Part shown: one piece after another, positions 1 through 8,616 of the stretch
How the letters are laid out: every line of letters starts with the position of its first letter
Position numbering within the stretch: position 1 is the first letter of the stretch
From: a virus
Taxonomy: Duplodnaviria; Caudoviricetes
Reading direction: 5' to 3' (one strand)
IMG/VR virus record: IMGVR_UViG_650627003_000001
Location: 1-64,000 of that record
Length of the DNA stretch: 64,000 bases
The notes under the pieces: model-generated
Database searches by the model: none
Told to the model about the DNA's origin: nothing
The model's input: only the letters and a program-made list of their open reading frames with translations
Made by a program: the position numbers and the translations under genes

Positions 1-2178
1 TCATTTGATATTGCCCTTGATCTTTTTCATGATCTCTGTGCTGAAGTCATATGAATTCGTAATATAGTGTGCTTCTAACGGATACTGTGCCTCAAACTCT
101 CGTTTAAGTTTAGAAAAATTCTTTTCGCCGATTGCAATATATGTTTCGTAATCATGAATTAGACGATTTAAATCATTTGCAATAGGGCAATGCACACCAC
201 GAACCTTCCCAACATAATGCCAGTATCGTGTCACAACACCGTAATCTTTAGTTGAAGTAGTTTTACCAAACAACTTAGGAATTAATCCCATCTTCCGAAT
301 CCGAGACATGAATCGTCCTGATTCGTCTAAGACTACGTGATTGACTTTGTCTAAAGAATCTAAAGACGCCTTTAAGTGATTATACACTTCGGACAAATAA
401 CACTTAATCTTTGGATTAGGTTTTGATTTAAAACGCTGAATCACAGATGGTCGAAGGACATAGAACTCGTCGATTCCACACAATGCAGAAACTTGACGGA
501 AGTCATAATGGCTCGCTAATAAAAGTTGTCCACCATTCAAATCCGTAATCGTATCACGATTCGATCCAACTGCAAGCCCTTCGAGTTTATCCAATTCAGA
601 CGCAGTCATTCGATATTCTTTAACTGAGTAAAACGCATTGTCTCCTTTTGATGACAGTGTATATTTTTGAACATTACTATAAGCTGGACGAGACTCAACA
701 ATTTTCTTGTTGTCAACTGTTTTTACTTGACGCTGTGGATCATGATCAATAAGATCTGGCATGTCAGAATACTTGATAATGTTGACTTCATCATCAAAGA
801 AAACTTCTTTCAACAAAGCTTCTAATTGAACAATGTCGATTTCATCTGGCTTAACAAACATTGCTCCAAATAAGTTTTCTTCAATATTGTGAGCTTCTTT
901 ATATTCTTTCGGTGCATTGAAGATAGAGCGAACCGCAGCAGTTGTACGCATTTTAGTATCTTCATAAACAACAGTGATTCCGTCATTGAGCAATCCGATT
1001 TTGTCTATTACTGAAACTTTACTATATGGCAATTTGCGAGTTTCTATTGACAAAGTTTTACGTGATGGACTTAAGTTAAAGTAGTAATAACGTTTACCAT
1101 CCATCAAAAATTGTACTTTAGCTTTTGCAACAAAGTTAACTAATTCAGAGATACTCATACCATTTGAAAGACGACGTCCTGATGCCATAATAGCATTACG
1201 TTGAGACGTAGAGTATCCGTTAAATAAGCGCCAAGCTTTACGTGGATTTGCTTCTTCAAAGATTTCTTTTGTCGCCTTTGTAAATGCTTCGTCGTTTATA
1301 CTGTTCACTCGTTTACAAATGTTTTCAATTGTTCGCTGGTCTAATGATAACTCTTCACGTGAAGGAGCAATATCTAACTCACCAAGATCGAAATTGAAAT
1401 AGTAAACACCACCGTATGTTTTTAACCATTCAGCATTCATTCCGGGAATATCTGTTAACGGGTAGACAATACGACCATAAAGAGCGTAAACACCTTGTCG
1501 TTCAGATGATTGTGGAAGATGAAACATAGTTTTATTTTTAACGGATTCTACGTCAAAATAATTTACTGTGATGTCTCCATCAATGTCTGGTTTAACATCA
1601 CCAAATGGTCGAAGCACATAACGAATTTCATTGGCCCAAGAATTCAAATCTTCTTGACGAACTGGTACAATGACTTCAAGACCAGGTAAGTCATCTGCAT
1701 TCATAGGCTCTTCGAAAGTTTTATTCAACACAGGACCGTTTTCAGTTAGTACTGCGCTATAACCATAAACTGTACCATCATGAAATGATGTAATGTTAAA
1801 TGCCGGCGCATAGCTAAATGGGGTTTTCGCACCAAGGCCAAGACCACCAATCTGATCATTTGAGTCGGTTTTTGTCGACATGAAATAAACAGTATACACG
1901 TCAACAATGTCTTTAGGGCTTAAACCTGGCCCAAAGTCCCGAATAACAAAACGTGGGTCAAGCATAGTTGGTGCTTTAATTTTAAAGGGTTTTGCTTGAT
2001 TGACTAAAACATGCGCATCAATAGCATTACACGATAACTCACGCACAATTGCACGAATTTTATTTTTGTACAAGTTACTAGACAGAATTTTAAATGCTTT
2101 TGGTGAAGCAGCAATTTTAAATTCTGCTGCTTCAGTTGCATTACCCATAATCGGTTCATTGTTATCGGTAAAAATCAT
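1..2178 (-). CDS. rIIA: RIIA protein (GHKL-type ATPase N-terminus)
   Basis: LYKNKIRAIVRELSCNAIDAH, IRDFGPGLS and GGLGLGAKTPFSY motifs; 725 aa; T4 synteny. Confidence 0.93.
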   Translation of the reverse strand: MIFTDNNEPIMGNATEAAEFKIAASPKAFKILSSNLYKNKIRAIVRELSCNAIDAHVLVNQAKPFKIKAPTMLDPRFVIRDFGPGLSPKDIVDVYTVYFMSTKTDSNDQIGGLGLGAKTPFSYAPAFNITSFHDGTVYGYSAVLTENGPVLNKTFEEPMNADDLPGLEVIVPVRQEDLNSWANEIRYVLRPFGDVKPDIDGDITVNYFDVESVKNKTMFHLPQSSERQGVYALYGRIVYPLTDIPGMNAEWLKTYGGVYYFNFDLGELDIAPSREELSLDQRTIENICKRVNSINDEAFTKATKEIFEEANPRKAWRLFNGYSTSQRNAIMASGRRLSNGMSISELVNFVAKAKVQFLMDGKRYYYFNLSPSRKTLSIETRKLPYSKVSVIDKIGLLNDGITVVYEDTKMRTTAAVRSIFNAPKEYKEAHNIEENLFGAMFVKPDEIDIVQLEALLKEVFFDDEVNIIKYSDMPDLIDHDPQRQVKTVDNKKIVESRPAYSNVQKYTLSSKGDNAFYSVKEYRMTASELDKLEGLAVGSNRDTITDLNGGQLLLASHYDFRQVSALCGIDEFYVLRPSVIQRFKSKPNPKIKCYLSEVYNHLKASLDSLDKVNHVVLDESGRFMSRIRKMGLIPKLFGKTTSTKDYGVVTRYWHYVGKVRGVHCPIANDLNRLIHDYETYIAIGEKNFSKLKREFEAQYPLEAHYITNSYDFSTEIMKKIKGNIK

Positions 2179-2188
2179 TGTGTTCTCC

Positions 2189-2521
2189 TCAAAGAATCTT
2201 ATTCAAAATTTCAAGATCAGATTCTGTTAATTCTTTATCGACAAATCGCTGTGCCATACCATTTGTTTTTTCTGCAAATTCTGTAGCAAGAGTGTCGCCC
2301 CAGAACTTAGATAAGCAACGCTCTTCTTTTGCTAAAAGCTTAAGAATTGTTGCAATAACCTTTTCTTTAGGCATAGATGATACGATACCATTGCGAACGA
2401 TTGCTAAAACTTTATCGTCTTTTGTGAATACAGTAGTTGTACCAGAATCACCACAAATTTCATTTCGAACTGGAAGATTGTCATTTACCATTAAGGCAAG
2501 AATTTTTGCATTTAAGTTCAT
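2189..2521 (-). CDS. hypothetical early protein (rIIA.1 position)
   Basis: 110-aa ORF directly behind an early promoter cassette. Confidence 0.6.
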   Translation of the reverse strand: MNLNAKILALMVNDNLPVRNEICGDSGTTTVFTKDDKVLAIVRNGIVSSMPKEKVIATILKLLAKEERCLSKFWGDTLATEFAEKTNGMAQRFVDKELTESDLEILNKIL

Positions 2522-2545
2522 GCTGAATTACTCATGTTTGTTTAT

Positions 2546-2597
2546 TTGATAATGCTATAATACTAAAAAAGGAAGGCATTGTAAATACCTTCCTTTA
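2546..2597 (-). promoter_or_regulatory. terminator/early-promoter cassette, copy 1
   Basis: Minus strand AAGGAAGGTA-TTTACAA-TGCCTTCCTTTTTT-AG-TATTAT: hairpin plus U-tract, with TTTACA-17-TATTAT. Confidence 0.85.
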
Positions 2598-2599
2598 AA

Positions 2600-2719
2600 T
2601 TATTCATAACTTTTTTTGAACTTCTCTTTTCGAGAGTATTGAGTTTTGTCTTTGACCACTTGCATTTTAAAAGCAGGTGTTCGGACAGCCTTTGCGATTG
2701 GATTGCGTTTGCCTTTCAT
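2600..2719 (-). CDS. 39-aa basic protein, ArfA-like (not in ORF track)
   Basis: MKGKRNPIAKAVRTPAFKMQVVKDKTQYSRKEKFKKSYE; SD AAGGAG upstream; fills the gap between neighbouring elements. Confidence 0.65.
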   Translation of the reverse strand: MKGKRNPIAKAVRTPAFKMQVVKDKTQYSRKEKFKKSYE

Positions 2720-2735
2720 AGTGTGCTCCTTTAAC

Positions 2736-3116
2736 TTATTTAATGTCAAAAATTAAATCACCAGAAACTGAAATGCATAAGTCCTTCCAATTTCCAATAC
2801 GTTGTATACCTTCGATTACTGCAAAATCAACGAAGTCATCTTCGATTTTTGCAATATCCCAAGAACTGTTATCAACTGAACTCGGCTGTGAGTTCTCGAA
2901 CGGCACAGGCTTATACTGGTAAATGCACATAGTCCCATCCGGATCAATTGCAATAAATGCGTCTTTCCATGATTCTGGAATATTCACCGCCACGTATAAC
3001 TTGTGTTTACCGTGCAGAACAGAATCTTTGATCACCGTTAGAGATTTAATAGTAGTTCTAAGATTGTTTTCTTTAAAATAATCTAAGTACATATTTCCAC
3101 TTGGTTTAATTTTCAT
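2736..3116 (-). CDS. hypothetical protein, related to 16588..17163
   Basis: Shared A-[FY]-IA-[IV]-D-x-DG...KP...W motif; SD GGAG; promoter TGTACA-17-TAAAAT upstream. Confidence 0.6.
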   Translation of the reverse strand: MKIKPSGNMYLDYFKENNLRTTIKSLTVIKDSVLHGKHKLYVAVNIPESWKDAFIAIDPDGTMCIYQYKPVPFENSQPSSVDNSSWDIAKIEDDFVDFAVIEGIQRIGNWKDLCISVSGDLIFDIK

Positions 3117-3142
3117 TGCAACTTCTCCGGTTAAGATAAAGC

Positions 3143-3308
3143 CTATTTTAAACTACCTAATTTGATTTGTACATCATCATTTAAGATAGGATTTTTATCT
3201 TTGTCAAAAAGACGTCCCTTTTTTATCGATGTAAAAATAGTCCATTTCAGATAATTTCTGGAGAATCGGGCTTTTGTATTCACCGGCTACAATAGTTTGC
3301 TTAATCAT
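3143..3308 (-). pseudogene. frameshifted small gene resembling the N-terminus of 19393..19878
   Basis: One extra base in AAAAAAGGG (3216-3224); removing it gives ...YFYIDKKGRLFDKDKNPILND. Confidence 0.55.
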
Positions 3309-3317
3309 GATTATTTC

Positions 3318-4556
3318 CTACAGTAAGTGTTGATATTTCTGTTCAAGGCCTTCCGGCACAAATAAGTGAGATGCAAAGAATGCATCCATTCCAGTTACAA
3401 GATTTTTGTCTTCACGAATAGACATGCCACAGGCCTTATCACCAATGACCCATGAACCAATAATTGGATAATATCCATCATGTGGTTTAATATTAAACCA
3501 TTCTTGATACATATAACCCCAATGATCATATTCAGGCACCGAGTGAGAACCTTGCGCTAACTCGTCTCGGAATACTTTGCCACATTCCGCTTCGTAAACA
3601 TTAATATTCGATCCTTCACGTCCATGGATTGCTTTCTTGGCCCATTTACCATTGTTCGGAGCAAAGTCATATGAAGGCAATAAATTTGGATGAGCAGTGT
3701 GATCAGCCCAGAGTTTAATTGACATCGCTTTATTTGACATCAACATTTTCCAAGCAGGCTCCATCCATTTAGTTGAAGTACCTACAATGGCTTTACCAAA
3801 ATTTTCACTAGTCATCCATTCCCACGGATACAATTTAAAGATATTTAAAATCTCTTCGTCTTGTAGATCTGTAAAAATTTGACGAGCGTTTCCATTACAA
3901 AATTCAGTACAAGTACCGATGTCTTCCATCTGGAGTTCTTTGACACGAATACCAGCTCGTAAAGCAGTGTCCATAATATAAACTAAGTTTCCAAAGTCTT
4001 CATGACGGAATCCACCACTTGCTGCGAAGTGAATAAGATCAGTAGTATTAAATCGTTTTTGCCATGTCTCAATTAATGTTTCATCAATCAAGTTGTATTG
4101 AATTTTTAACTCTTCTGGGAGTTCTGGATTTTGCTCCAAATAATTCCATTGTCCAATAGAGCATTCAAGAATAGAAACTGGAGTGTCCCCGTTGTATTCA
4201 AACATTTTTAAGCGATTTTGCTCATCGTACGCTAAGTCAAAACGTCCGTACAACGACTGTTCATTATTTTTCCATGATTGTTCAATCAAAGATTTTTCGA
4301 GATCAGTTAAACGGAAGTATGCGGGATAATCACCGGAAGTAATCATTCGTTCGGCACAATCAATATGCATATCATGAAGCTCTTGAGTGACCGCCTGTTG
4401 ACGATCGATTTCTGCTTCAGTGAATGTATAACAAACACCTTCTTGCCAATAAGGGAGCTGCTCTGGTCCAGAAGGAAGATTCCAATAATTCATCCCAATT
4501 GCTTCGAGTTGTTGTGCAAAATCTGGACGTTTGTAAAAGTTGTTAAATCGTTTCAT
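3318..4556 (-). CDS. glutathionylspermidine synthase-family ATP-grasp ligase (YgiC/YjfC-like)
   Basis: LYGRFDLAYD, MFEYNGDTP, FKLYPWEWM, EPAWKMLMSNKA, GREGSNI and GSWVIG motifs. Confidence 0.88.
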   Translation of the reverse strand: MKRFNNFYKRPDFAQQLEAIGMNYWNLPSGPEQLPYWQEGVCYTFTEAEIDRQQAVTQELHDMHIDCAERMITSGDYPAYFRLTDLEKSLIEQSWKNNEQSLYGRFDLAYDEQNRLKMFEYNGDTPVSILECSIGQWNYLEQNPELPEELKIQYNLIDETLIETWQKRFNTTDLIHFAASGGFRHEDFGNLVYIMDTALRAGIRVKELQMEDIGTCTEFCNGNARQIFTDLQDEEILNIFKLYPWEWMTSENFGKAIVGTSTKWMEPAWKMLMSNKAMSIKLWADHTAHPNLLPSYDFAPNNGKWAKKAIHGREGSNINVYEAECGKVFRDELAQGSHSVPEYDHWGYMYQEWFNIKPHDGYYPIIGSWVIGDKACGMSIREDKNLVTGMDAFFASHLFVPEGLEQKYQHLL

Positions 4557-4981
4557 TTTACTGCGCTCAACAATGTTTCTAAAGAACTACGATACTGAGA
4601 ATGTGTTTTACATTCCTGTAGACGAATTACCGCTTGTTTGATTGTGTCTTGTAACGCTTTGCCAGAAAGCTCTTCTACCACTTTAATACTTCTAAGAGTG
4701 TAGAAATCTGAATCATAGTCTACTTTATCATGACGAGTGTGAAGGCGAGTTTCTGGGTATTGCGCCATAAACTTTGTCAAAGTGTGTCGAGAAGTTGACT
4801 CCCATCCATGTAAAAAAGCACCGTAACCATCATTAACGACAATAGAAATTATTTCGCCGTGGTCTGTGAGGGTCTTTACTACATCACCAATAAAAAGTTG
4901 GATTCCGTTTGCTACTAGAGAAGTTGAACGACCAACTTCCCCGTAGTTTCTGTCACTTACTACACTGCGAATGACTTTCAT
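4553..4981 (-). CDS. YopX-like motif protein, paralogue 1
   Basis: GRSTSLVANGIQLFIGDVV. Confidence 0.55.
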   Translation of the reverse strand: MKVIRSVVSDRNYGEVGRSTSLVANGIQLFIGDVVKTLTDHGEIISIVVNDGYGAFLHGWESTSRHTLTKFMAQYPETRLHTRHDKVDYDSDFYTLRSIKVVEELSGKALQDTIKQAVIRLQECKTHSQYRSSLETLLSAVK

Positions 4982-5397
4982 TATAGACCTACTAATTCAT
5001 TAAAGCGTGCAATCATTTCTTCTTTTGAAGAAGTTTGTTCCAAAGCGATAAAGACTTCTTTAAGCTTTGCTTTGTGATCATAAGTTTCATCAATGATAGT
5101 AAATTGATCATTTGTGAATACAGAACTTTTAGCGTCAGCATTTTCGTGTGAAGTCAATAAAGACACAGTATAGTCTTTATGACTAGCTAATGAATTACCA
5201 CTGCCGCCATAACCGAATACAATAAATTTACCAAAGCTTTCAACAACTAAGCATTGATTTGAACGTCCATGAAGGAGATTAGTTACAAGAACTGTATCAC
5301 CAACAAAAAGTGGAACACCATTTGAAGCAGTTAAATCTGTTTCTGTACCAAGTTTACCGTAGTTTTGTCTAAATTTGTCAATAATAAATTTATTCAT
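4981..5397 (-). CDS. YopX-like motif protein, paralogue 2
   Basis: GTETDLTASNGVPLFVGDTV. Confidence 0.55.
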   Translation of the reverse strand: MNKFIIDKFRQNYGKLGTETDLTASNGVPLFVGDTVLVTNLLHGRSNQCLVVESFGKFIVFGYGGSGNSLASHKDYTVSLLTSHENADAKSSVFTNDQFTIIDETYDHKAKLKEVFIALEQTSSKEEMIARFNELVGL

Positions 5398-5425
5398 TTC
5401 AATTACCTCGTTGTTGATGAAAGCT

Positions 5426-5455
5426 ATAGTACCACGTCCTTGTGGTGTTGTAAAC
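5426..5455 (-). promoter_or_regulatory. T4-type early promoter
   Basis: GTTTACA-17-TACTAT followed by SD GAGG. Confidence 0.8.
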
Positions 5456-5630
5456 AGTTATTTTAAATTAACCACCTGTTGATCGAGCACCAGATCGCCG
5501 TATTTTCTATATTGACACCGGTAACATGCCTTCATTTCTAACAAGTCGATAACAGTTAATGCGATTTACTTCATACTGTTTTGATACGGTCCAAATATTT
5601 CCTAAATATCGGACTCTCAATTTTTCCATT

Positions 5631-5960
5631 TTATTCTCCAAGAGAAAGATTATATTTAGCCAAGCATTCTTCAGTCGAATCTAATTCTTTGTGACTTTTG
5701 AGAAGAGTTAAATCGATAGATTGCTCGCCTTTACATTCAGCATAAGCAGGTCGCCACCCCATAGGGAAATCAGTATCTTTATCATTAACTACAATGCTTC
5801 TGGTAATGTCAAAGCCAAAATTTTTAAAATACACGGTGACTGCAACAACATCTCCAACACAAAGAACTGTTCCATTAATGTCTTTTAATGTAGTTGCTTG
5901 GCCAATCAGACCTTTATCTATCGGTTCGCCAATTCCACCTGGGGTATGAGTAATGTGCAT
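5631..5960 (-). CDS. YopX-like motif protein, paralogue 3
   Basis: GQATTLKDINGTVLCVGDVV. Confidence 0.55.
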   Translation of the reverse strand: MHITHTPGGIGEPIDKGLIGQATTLKDINGTVLCVGDVVAVTVYFKNFGFDITRSIVVNDKDTDFPMGWRPAYAECKGEQSIDLTLLKSHKELDSTEECLAKYNLSLGE

Positions 5961-5974
5961 AATATTTCCTTATT

Positions 5975-5996
5975 AAAAAGGGAGCGCAAGGCTCCC
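5975..5996 (-). terminator. intrinsic terminator after the RNA ligase gene
   Basis: GGGAGC-CTTGC-GCTCCC-TTTTT. Confidence 0.8.
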
Positions 5997-6002
5997 TATA
6001 AA

Positions 6003-7043
6003 TTAATTACTAATGATGTCTACCCATTTTGAACGAATTAAAGTAGTGACTTGATGTTGGATTTCTTTAGAAACTTTACTTGGAGAATCAGCAACATCAA
6101 TTGAGATTTCTTCACGCTTAGCTTCAGCAAAAATATCTTTCATCATAAGACCCATAACTTTACCAAAGTCTTTAGCAGTTACTTCACCAATATGAGACAG
6201 CACATTTGATAAACGATTTTCAGTAATGAACTCACTAAACTGAGTTGCTAATGCAATATCTTTATCAGTCATTGGAGTCGGCAATTTTGGCGCTTTGCCT
6301 TTACCTTTTTCTTTAAATGCATCAGTTTTGTATTTGATTGCAATACGAGAACCATTACCAAGAAATGCTGGAACAACTGGTTTAATTACAAGACCTTCAC
6401 CTACATTATCGGTTGGAGCTTCAGGCTTGACGAAATCGTAGAATCCATTTCCAGCTTCGTCCCAAAGTTTGTTATATGTTGGAACTGTAGTATTAAATTC
6501 CACAGGAAGTTTAAGAAGTTCTTCCAGAGTACCAATGGCAATAATTGGTGCCATTTTTAAACCAGCCACTGAAGCAACACCAGTTGCAGCAACGTCGTTA
6601 ATGTATTTGTCATCAAACATTACATCGAAAGCATAAAAATCTTTTTCACCGTAATCAACTTCTTTTTGAATTCCACCACCAGCGTATTCACCAAAAATTT
6701 GAACTTTTTCGACTGTAACAGATGGTACAAATCCAGGTGAACCTTCGATTTCTTGTTTGTATTCACCAGCAATAAGTTTTTCTTGAATAACTTCAAAACT
6801 TTTGCGATATTTCGCCATTAGATCTTGCCACCCGAAGAATGACTCAGTTTCACTAATAGGGCCAGAACGTTTAGCAGGTTGGATAGAATCTTTTGTGATG
6901 ATCACACTAAAGTTTGTGCCATGGATTTTTTCACGAGCAACAAAATGATTATCGCAATATCCAAGAGTAATCGCTTCTACGATCTTTTCAAGGAATTTAG
7001 AATTAGTGTGGTTTTCTAAAGATGAATATTTAACAAATGGCAT
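6003..7043 (-). CDS. rnlB: RNA ligase 2 (Rnl2 family)
   Basis: REKIHGTNFS (motif I), FGEYAG, FYAFDV, GEGLVIKP and Rnl2-type C-terminal domain; start moved to the ATG behind GGAG. Confidence 0.92.
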   Translation of the reverse strand: MPFVKYSSLENHTNSKFLEKIVEAITLGYCDNHFVAREKIHGTNFSVIITKDSIQPAKRSGPISETESFFGWQDLMAKYRKSFEVIQEKLIAGEYKQEIEGSPGFVPSVTVEKVQIFGEYAGGGIQKEVDYGEKDFYAFDVMFDDKYINDVAATGVASVAGLKMAPIIAIGTLEELLKLPVEFNTTVPTYNKLWDEAGNGFYDFVKPEAPTDNVGEGLVIKPVVPAFLGNGSRIAIKYKTDAFKEKGKGKAPKLPTPMTDKDIALATQFSEFITENRLSNVLSHIGEVTAKDFGKVMGLMMKDIFAEAKREEISIDVADSPSKVSKEIQHQVTTLIRSKWVDIISN

Positions 7044-7072
7044 ATTTGACTCCAAGTATTTGGGAATTTAAA

Positions 7073-7288
7073 TTAAGCTAAAAGTGTAGCATTGCGGATG
7101 ATAAGAACATCACCGACTTTTTTAGGTGAGAAAGCTTCTGATGCTTTGATCATTTTGATCAGATTTTCAGTATGCTCTTTTCGTTTTGTTGTAGGTATCA
7201 GTGTTTGGTCAATATCGACAGTTTCTTGACTAATTGCAATATGACCTGATACCATATTTGTTGCGATAACTTCAATTACAACTTTCAT
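7073..7288 (-). CDS. hypothetical protein
   Basis: ORF in a tightly packed operon, ATGA overlap. Confidence 0.55.
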   Translation of the reverse strand: MKVVIEVIATNMVSGHIAISQETVDIDQTLIPTTKRKEHTENLIKMIKASEAFSPKKVGDVLIIRNATLLA

Positions 7289-7683
7289 ACTAATTCCTTC
7301 TTAGGTACACCACGTACTTTTAAACCGATTTTAGACTCAAGAGTTTCTGGATCGACAGAACGCACTAGGCCAATGGTATATACAATTTCTGCTTCTAAAA
7401 TATTAGCAATATAAGTGTTAGATTTGTCAGCAAATGACCCGGTCCAGCTTTTGACAATTTCAACATTTCCATTTTCGTCTAAATAAGTAGGATATTCAAC
7501 AAATTTAATGCCTGATGCTGCTAGTTCAGAATATGTTGGAAATTGTTTTCGTAATGCAATAATTTGATCACGATCAGCTTTAAGATTTACATCAGTAGAT
7601 GCGTCATTAAAAACTTTTACCAAACGATTATAAGTCTTTGCAGTTAATTTACCAGGACGTTTATGTTTAAGATTTTTCATCAT
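7285..7683 (-). CDS. hypothetical protein
   Basis: ORF with ATGA overlap and phage-like codon usage. Confidence 0.6.
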   Translation of the reverse strand: MMKNLKHKRPGKLTAKTYNRLVKVFNDASTDVNLKADRDQIIALRKQFPTYSELAASGIKFVEYPTYLDENGNVEIVKSWTGSFADKSNTYIANILEAEIVYTIGLVRSVDPETLESKIGLKVRGVPKKELV

Positions 7684-7952
7684 AATAACTCCAATTCTTT
7701 TAAAGCGTATTCAATGCATGCATAATTAATTTCTGACACAATAACTAAAGGATGATCATAAGTCATTACAAAAATCTTGTGATCTACCATAAGTTTATAC
7801 ATAATACACCCAGATAAATGTGAAGCGTATTGCGCAATGTTGTCTTTTGTAAGGCCAGTCATTTTATTGCTATCTAGAAGCTTCTGTACTAACGCCAGGA
7901 TGTCTTTTTCTGCATCTGTCAGTGTTACTTCAGTAAAGTTAATAAGTTCCAT
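7680..7952 (-). CDS. hypothetical protein
   Basis: Likely start MELINF behind GGAG; the longer ORF-track N-terminus reads through the repeat. Confidence 0.6.
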   Translation of the reverse strand: MELINFTEVTLTDAEKDILALVQKLLDSNKMTGLTKDNIAQYASHLSGCIMYKLMVDHKIFVMTYDHPLVIVSEINYACIEYALKELELL

Positions 7953-7962
7953 AGTGGGCTCC

Positions 7963-8040
7963 AGGATGTCACGAGGACATCCACTCTTTACGTAATTGTG
8001 AATCATTACCTAATTACATTTCAAATTGGTCTTTCCAATT
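7963..8040. repeat. degenerate direct repeat: relic copy of the topoisomerase 39+60 3' end
   Basis: Ungapped 78-bp match to 8617..8694 with identical blocks of 31 and 25 bp; translates NWKDQFEM*LGNDSQLRKEWMSS*. Confidence 0.93.
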
Positions 8041-8086
8041 TTGTAAAGTTCATAATGTTCATCCAAGTGTCTAACGTTATCGTCGA

Positions 8087-8311
8087 TTAAAAAGTTGTCG
8101 GTTGTGCTACGCTTCGGGTTAATGCCATCAGGCCTGTTTGGAGATCCGTTTTGCCGATTTCAACCCAACGTTGATCAATACCACCGGCTGATTGGAGCTC
8201 TTCAACCAGTTCGCCTAATTCAGTACCTTTAGCTTTAATTTTGTTCATCAAATCAATCTCGGCTTGAGACAGATCGCGATAGCCTTTAATTTTCTTGTGT
8301 TGATTGTCCAT
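8087..8311 (-). CDS. acb2: anti-CBASS cyclic-oligonucleotide sponge Acb2
   Basis: MDNQHKKIKGYRDLSQAEIDLMN...RWVEIGKTDLQTGLMALTRSVAQPTTF matches the Acb2 / T4 Vs.4 family signature. Confidence 0.92.
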   Translation of the reverse strand: MDNQHKKIKGYRDLSQAEIDLMNKIKAKGTELGELVEELQSAGGIDQRWVEIGKTDLQTGLMALTRSVAQPTTF

Positions 8312-8606
8312 TGTCTTCTACCTTTTCGTATGTGGATTTAAAAATAGCCGGCTTACAAGGATAGAACTCACCTTGTACACCTTTAATGATGTAATCGCCT
8401 ATTGAAGCCGTCATAACACCTTCAAGTGTTTTAATTTGAAGGCCTTTAATTTTAACGATCTCGCAGTACTCACTAAATTTTTCTTGAGAGATAAATGTGG
8501 ACGCACAAACAGAGTGTCCCATAAATTCTAAAGCTTCTTTGATACTTCGTTCTGTACTATCTAGCAGAACAGCTTCAATTACAACAGGCTTCTTTCGATA
8601 AAGCAT
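8286..8606 (-). CDS. conserved phage protein (KKPVVIEA...GDYIIKG...YPCKP family)
   Basis: Start MLYRKK behind GGAGG; motif pattern I recognise from many phages, function not assigned. Confidence 0.7.
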   Translation of the reverse strand: MLYRKKPVVIEAVLLDSTERSIKEALEFMGHSVCASTFISQEKFSEYCEIVKIKGLQIKTLEGVMTASIGDYIIKGVQGEFYPCKPAIFKSTYEKVEDNGQSTQEN

Positions 8607-8616
8607 TTTTCCTCCA

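Noticed and set aside
3216-3224. Programmed -1 frameshift at AAAAAAG
   Set aside because: The heptamer is not in the A-AAA-AAG phase and the needed shift is +1
5458-5629. Small ORF MEKLRVRY...LPVSI as a further frameshifted gene
   Set aside because: A 40-aa ORF with an SD is plausible, but both alternative frames stay open afterwards, so no repair can be chosen
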